Below are positions 61,938-64,000 of a stretch of 64,000 bases of DNA, one piece after another (the stretch's first letter is position 1; each line of letters starts with the position of its first letter). Source of the stretch: Chiloscyllium plagiosum (lineage: Eukaryota); assembly GCF_004010195.1 (NCBI RefSeq), contig NC_057737.1, positions 11,532,290 to 11,596,289 on the forward strand. Reading direction: 5' to 3'. Below the pieces are notes generated by a model. It saw nothing but the letters and a program-made list of their open reading frames with translations. It was not told where the DNA came from and did no database searches. A program made the translations under genes and the position numbers.

Positions 61938-63925
61938 ATGGATAAAGGGACTGCAATTGAGATACTGAGTAAGAAATTTCCAGTGGCAAGAAATGATATT
62001 GTAAAAATTTCTGAGAAATGGGAAAAAAGAACTAAGGATTCATTGACTAAATGGACAAAAGAAGGTAACTTTGATGTACATATGTGCAATGAGATGGAAG
62101 GATTAATTAAGATCTATAAGTCGAAAGATAAATCTAAAAATAGAAATCAAAACAGGAATCAGGAGGTGGAAATATTGAAACTTTTCAGGAAAGAGAGTGA
62201 GGAACTGAAGGTAGCTTGTCAGGCACCTGTGGTGACTAGGAAAGCTGCAAAAGAACAAGCTGAGCAGTTATGGGAAACAGAAAAGGAGGAATCAGCATCC
62301 CTTCTATACCCAGATGTGGAGGAGTTGAATAGACCTCGTCCCTACTTGACTGAAGTGGCATTGAAGCAGTGTCCAATAATAAAGGGAACAGTAGAAATAG
62401 AGAGACTGTTAGAATGGGATAGAAGTGCAGAAGACAAAAATGAACTGAGGGAAAGAAGAGAAAGAGAGAAAAGGGACAGGCAGGAGCAAATAGAAGCTAT
62501 ACGATGAGAGCAAGAAAAGCTGAAACATGAGATTAGTGTGCTGCGTGGGCTAAGGGAACAAAAAGCAATTGAGGAATACTCATTGCGATACGAAAGGAGG
62601 GTCGAAGAGAAAAGCAGTGAAAGTGACGGAGAGCAAGCAGAAAGGGAGCATGAGGGACAAGGAAAGAAAAAGGCCCCAGTCCCTAAAAAAATGGGAGGAA
62701 TTATAAATAGCATTGGATTTAGAGCCCGAGGGGGATTTATTGAGAAGTAGTGTTAATAAAGGAAAATAGGGCCAACAGGGAAGGATGCTACTGCTCCTTG
62801 TAAAAGAGGGGAGAAACCGACAATACATTCCTTGGGGAACTCAGGATCTGGAAGGGCTGAAGAATGCGTTGCTCAGTTTACATGAGGGAGCGGGAAAGTG
62901 TATCAGGAGTTTTGAAGATGAAACCACAGGGCAGTTGCTGGCTATAGGAGACTTGAAGGCACGGCTGGTGAGGTCGGTAGGACTCCCAAAGTTAAAGGAA
63001 ATAATGGTCTGAGCCCGATTGAAAAATGTCGCAGACAATCCAATGATTGATGGGGTCAGGTTTGATCGAGTGAGACAGAAGGTATGGCAGGCCTTAAGAG
63101 TCTGTTATCCACCCAAAATGGACCCCCAGGCTCTGAGAGGGGATCCACTGGGAGAAAGTGAAAACCCAGCTGCTTATTTGGAGAAACAGTTAAAGAAGTG
63201 GAGGCTGGAAACAGAGCAAGACATAGAGACTAATCAGTTGCTGACCACAATGTTCCGAAATTCCATCATTGAGGCAATGCCCTTCCAAGTCAGGTCAAGG
63301 CTAGAGGAGGTGGTGGGTCTGACATCATCAATGAGCCACCAGGAATTTAAAGATCATGTAGTTCATGTAGTTGAAAGGTTTCGAAAAGACAAAGAGAAAC
63401 TGCCTGAACAGCAGGAGGAGGTGCAAAGGAAGCTGGCGCAAATGCAGCTCGAAGAGCTTAAAAAGAAAGATAAAGAGAAGGCTAAAAAGGTGTTGCCAGT
63501 AAGAACCGACACAGTAATCAACACTGGCATGAACCAAGAGCCGGCGCAAGGGGGGGTCCTATCAGGTAGCCAGACAGGGGCCAGAAAATCCCATGGCAGC
63601 AATGGAGGTTTTGAGAGAAGCTTTCCAGCAGGTGACGTATCCGGGGCAGGGCAGATTTAAACAACAGCCGAAAAAGAACTGAAGTCCCCAAGGACAGGGA
63701 CATAGGAATGGGTGACTGAGGTACATGATAAATAGTCAGGTTCAAGAGGGGCCAACAATAATGTGCTGGGGATGCCATCAACCAGGCCACTTTAGGAGGA
63801 ATTGCCCTTATTGGACTGGGCCCTCTCTGCCCTACAGCGGGCCTAGACGGCAGGAATCCCCAGTGGCCACTTCCCAGACACGCACAGGCCCAGCAGAACC
63901 TGTTAACCTGTATGGGATGTGTTAG
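61938..63925 (+). pseudogene. gag: Disrupted ERV gag
   Basis: Consecutive ORF pieces separated by in-frame TGA codons (62505, 63010) and at least two frameshifts. Charged coiled-coil region, capsid-like segment YIPWGTQDLEGL...AGKCIRSFEDET, and CCHC knuckle CWGCHQPGHFRRNC at 63764-63805. Confidence 0.85.
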
Positions 63926-64000
63926 AGATACCCTGAGAACCTGGGTGGGAAGGGGCACTACCCTGTAGCAGCATGGGAGGCTGATCAAGAACCAGTAATA
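63926..64000 (+). pseudogene. Start of ERV pro-pol, in frame after the gag TAG (runs off the window)
   Basis: RYPENLGGKGHYPVAAWEADQEPVI; QEP-hydrophobic resembles the N-terminus of retroviral proteases. Confidence 0.55.

Noticed and set aside
58400-64000. POLDIP2 exons expected by synteny after TNFAIP1
   Set aside because: No matching coding sequence seen. The region is repeats and an ERV, so the gene would lie beyond the window if present.

Overview
Vertebrate genomic DNA, very probably a shark or other cartilaginous fish (inferred from V-SINE/HE1-type tRNA SINEs and abundant CR1-like LINEs). It holds three intact, fully spliceable genes in the order known from human: TMEM97 (+, 3 coding exons, 171 aa), IFT20 (-, 4 coding exons, 130 aa) and TNFAIP1/BACURD2 (+, 6 coding exons, 319 aa). 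IFT20 and TNFAIP1 are head-to-head on a CpG-rich promoter. The rest is mostly decayed retroelements: CR1, Rex1/Babar, L2 and SINE fragments, a full-length decayed L1/Tx1-like LINE, and the 5' part of an endogenous retrovirus (LTR, tRNA-Ser PBS, gag, read-through TAG with a predicted pseudoknot). The most striking pattern is a set of about ten Penelope-like insertions from at least four sequence families. Most carry an intact or damaged minimal hammerhead ribozyme motif, with covarying stems between families. Several are fold-back (inverted-arm) elements with a one-sided ~20-35 nt tail, and six have clear 14-18 bp target-site duplications. One of them has captured a piece of the neighbouring TNFAIP1 3' UTR at its turn. 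Most ORFs in the supplied track are spurious or repeat-derived. All coordinates were read by eye, so repeat boundaries are approximate.
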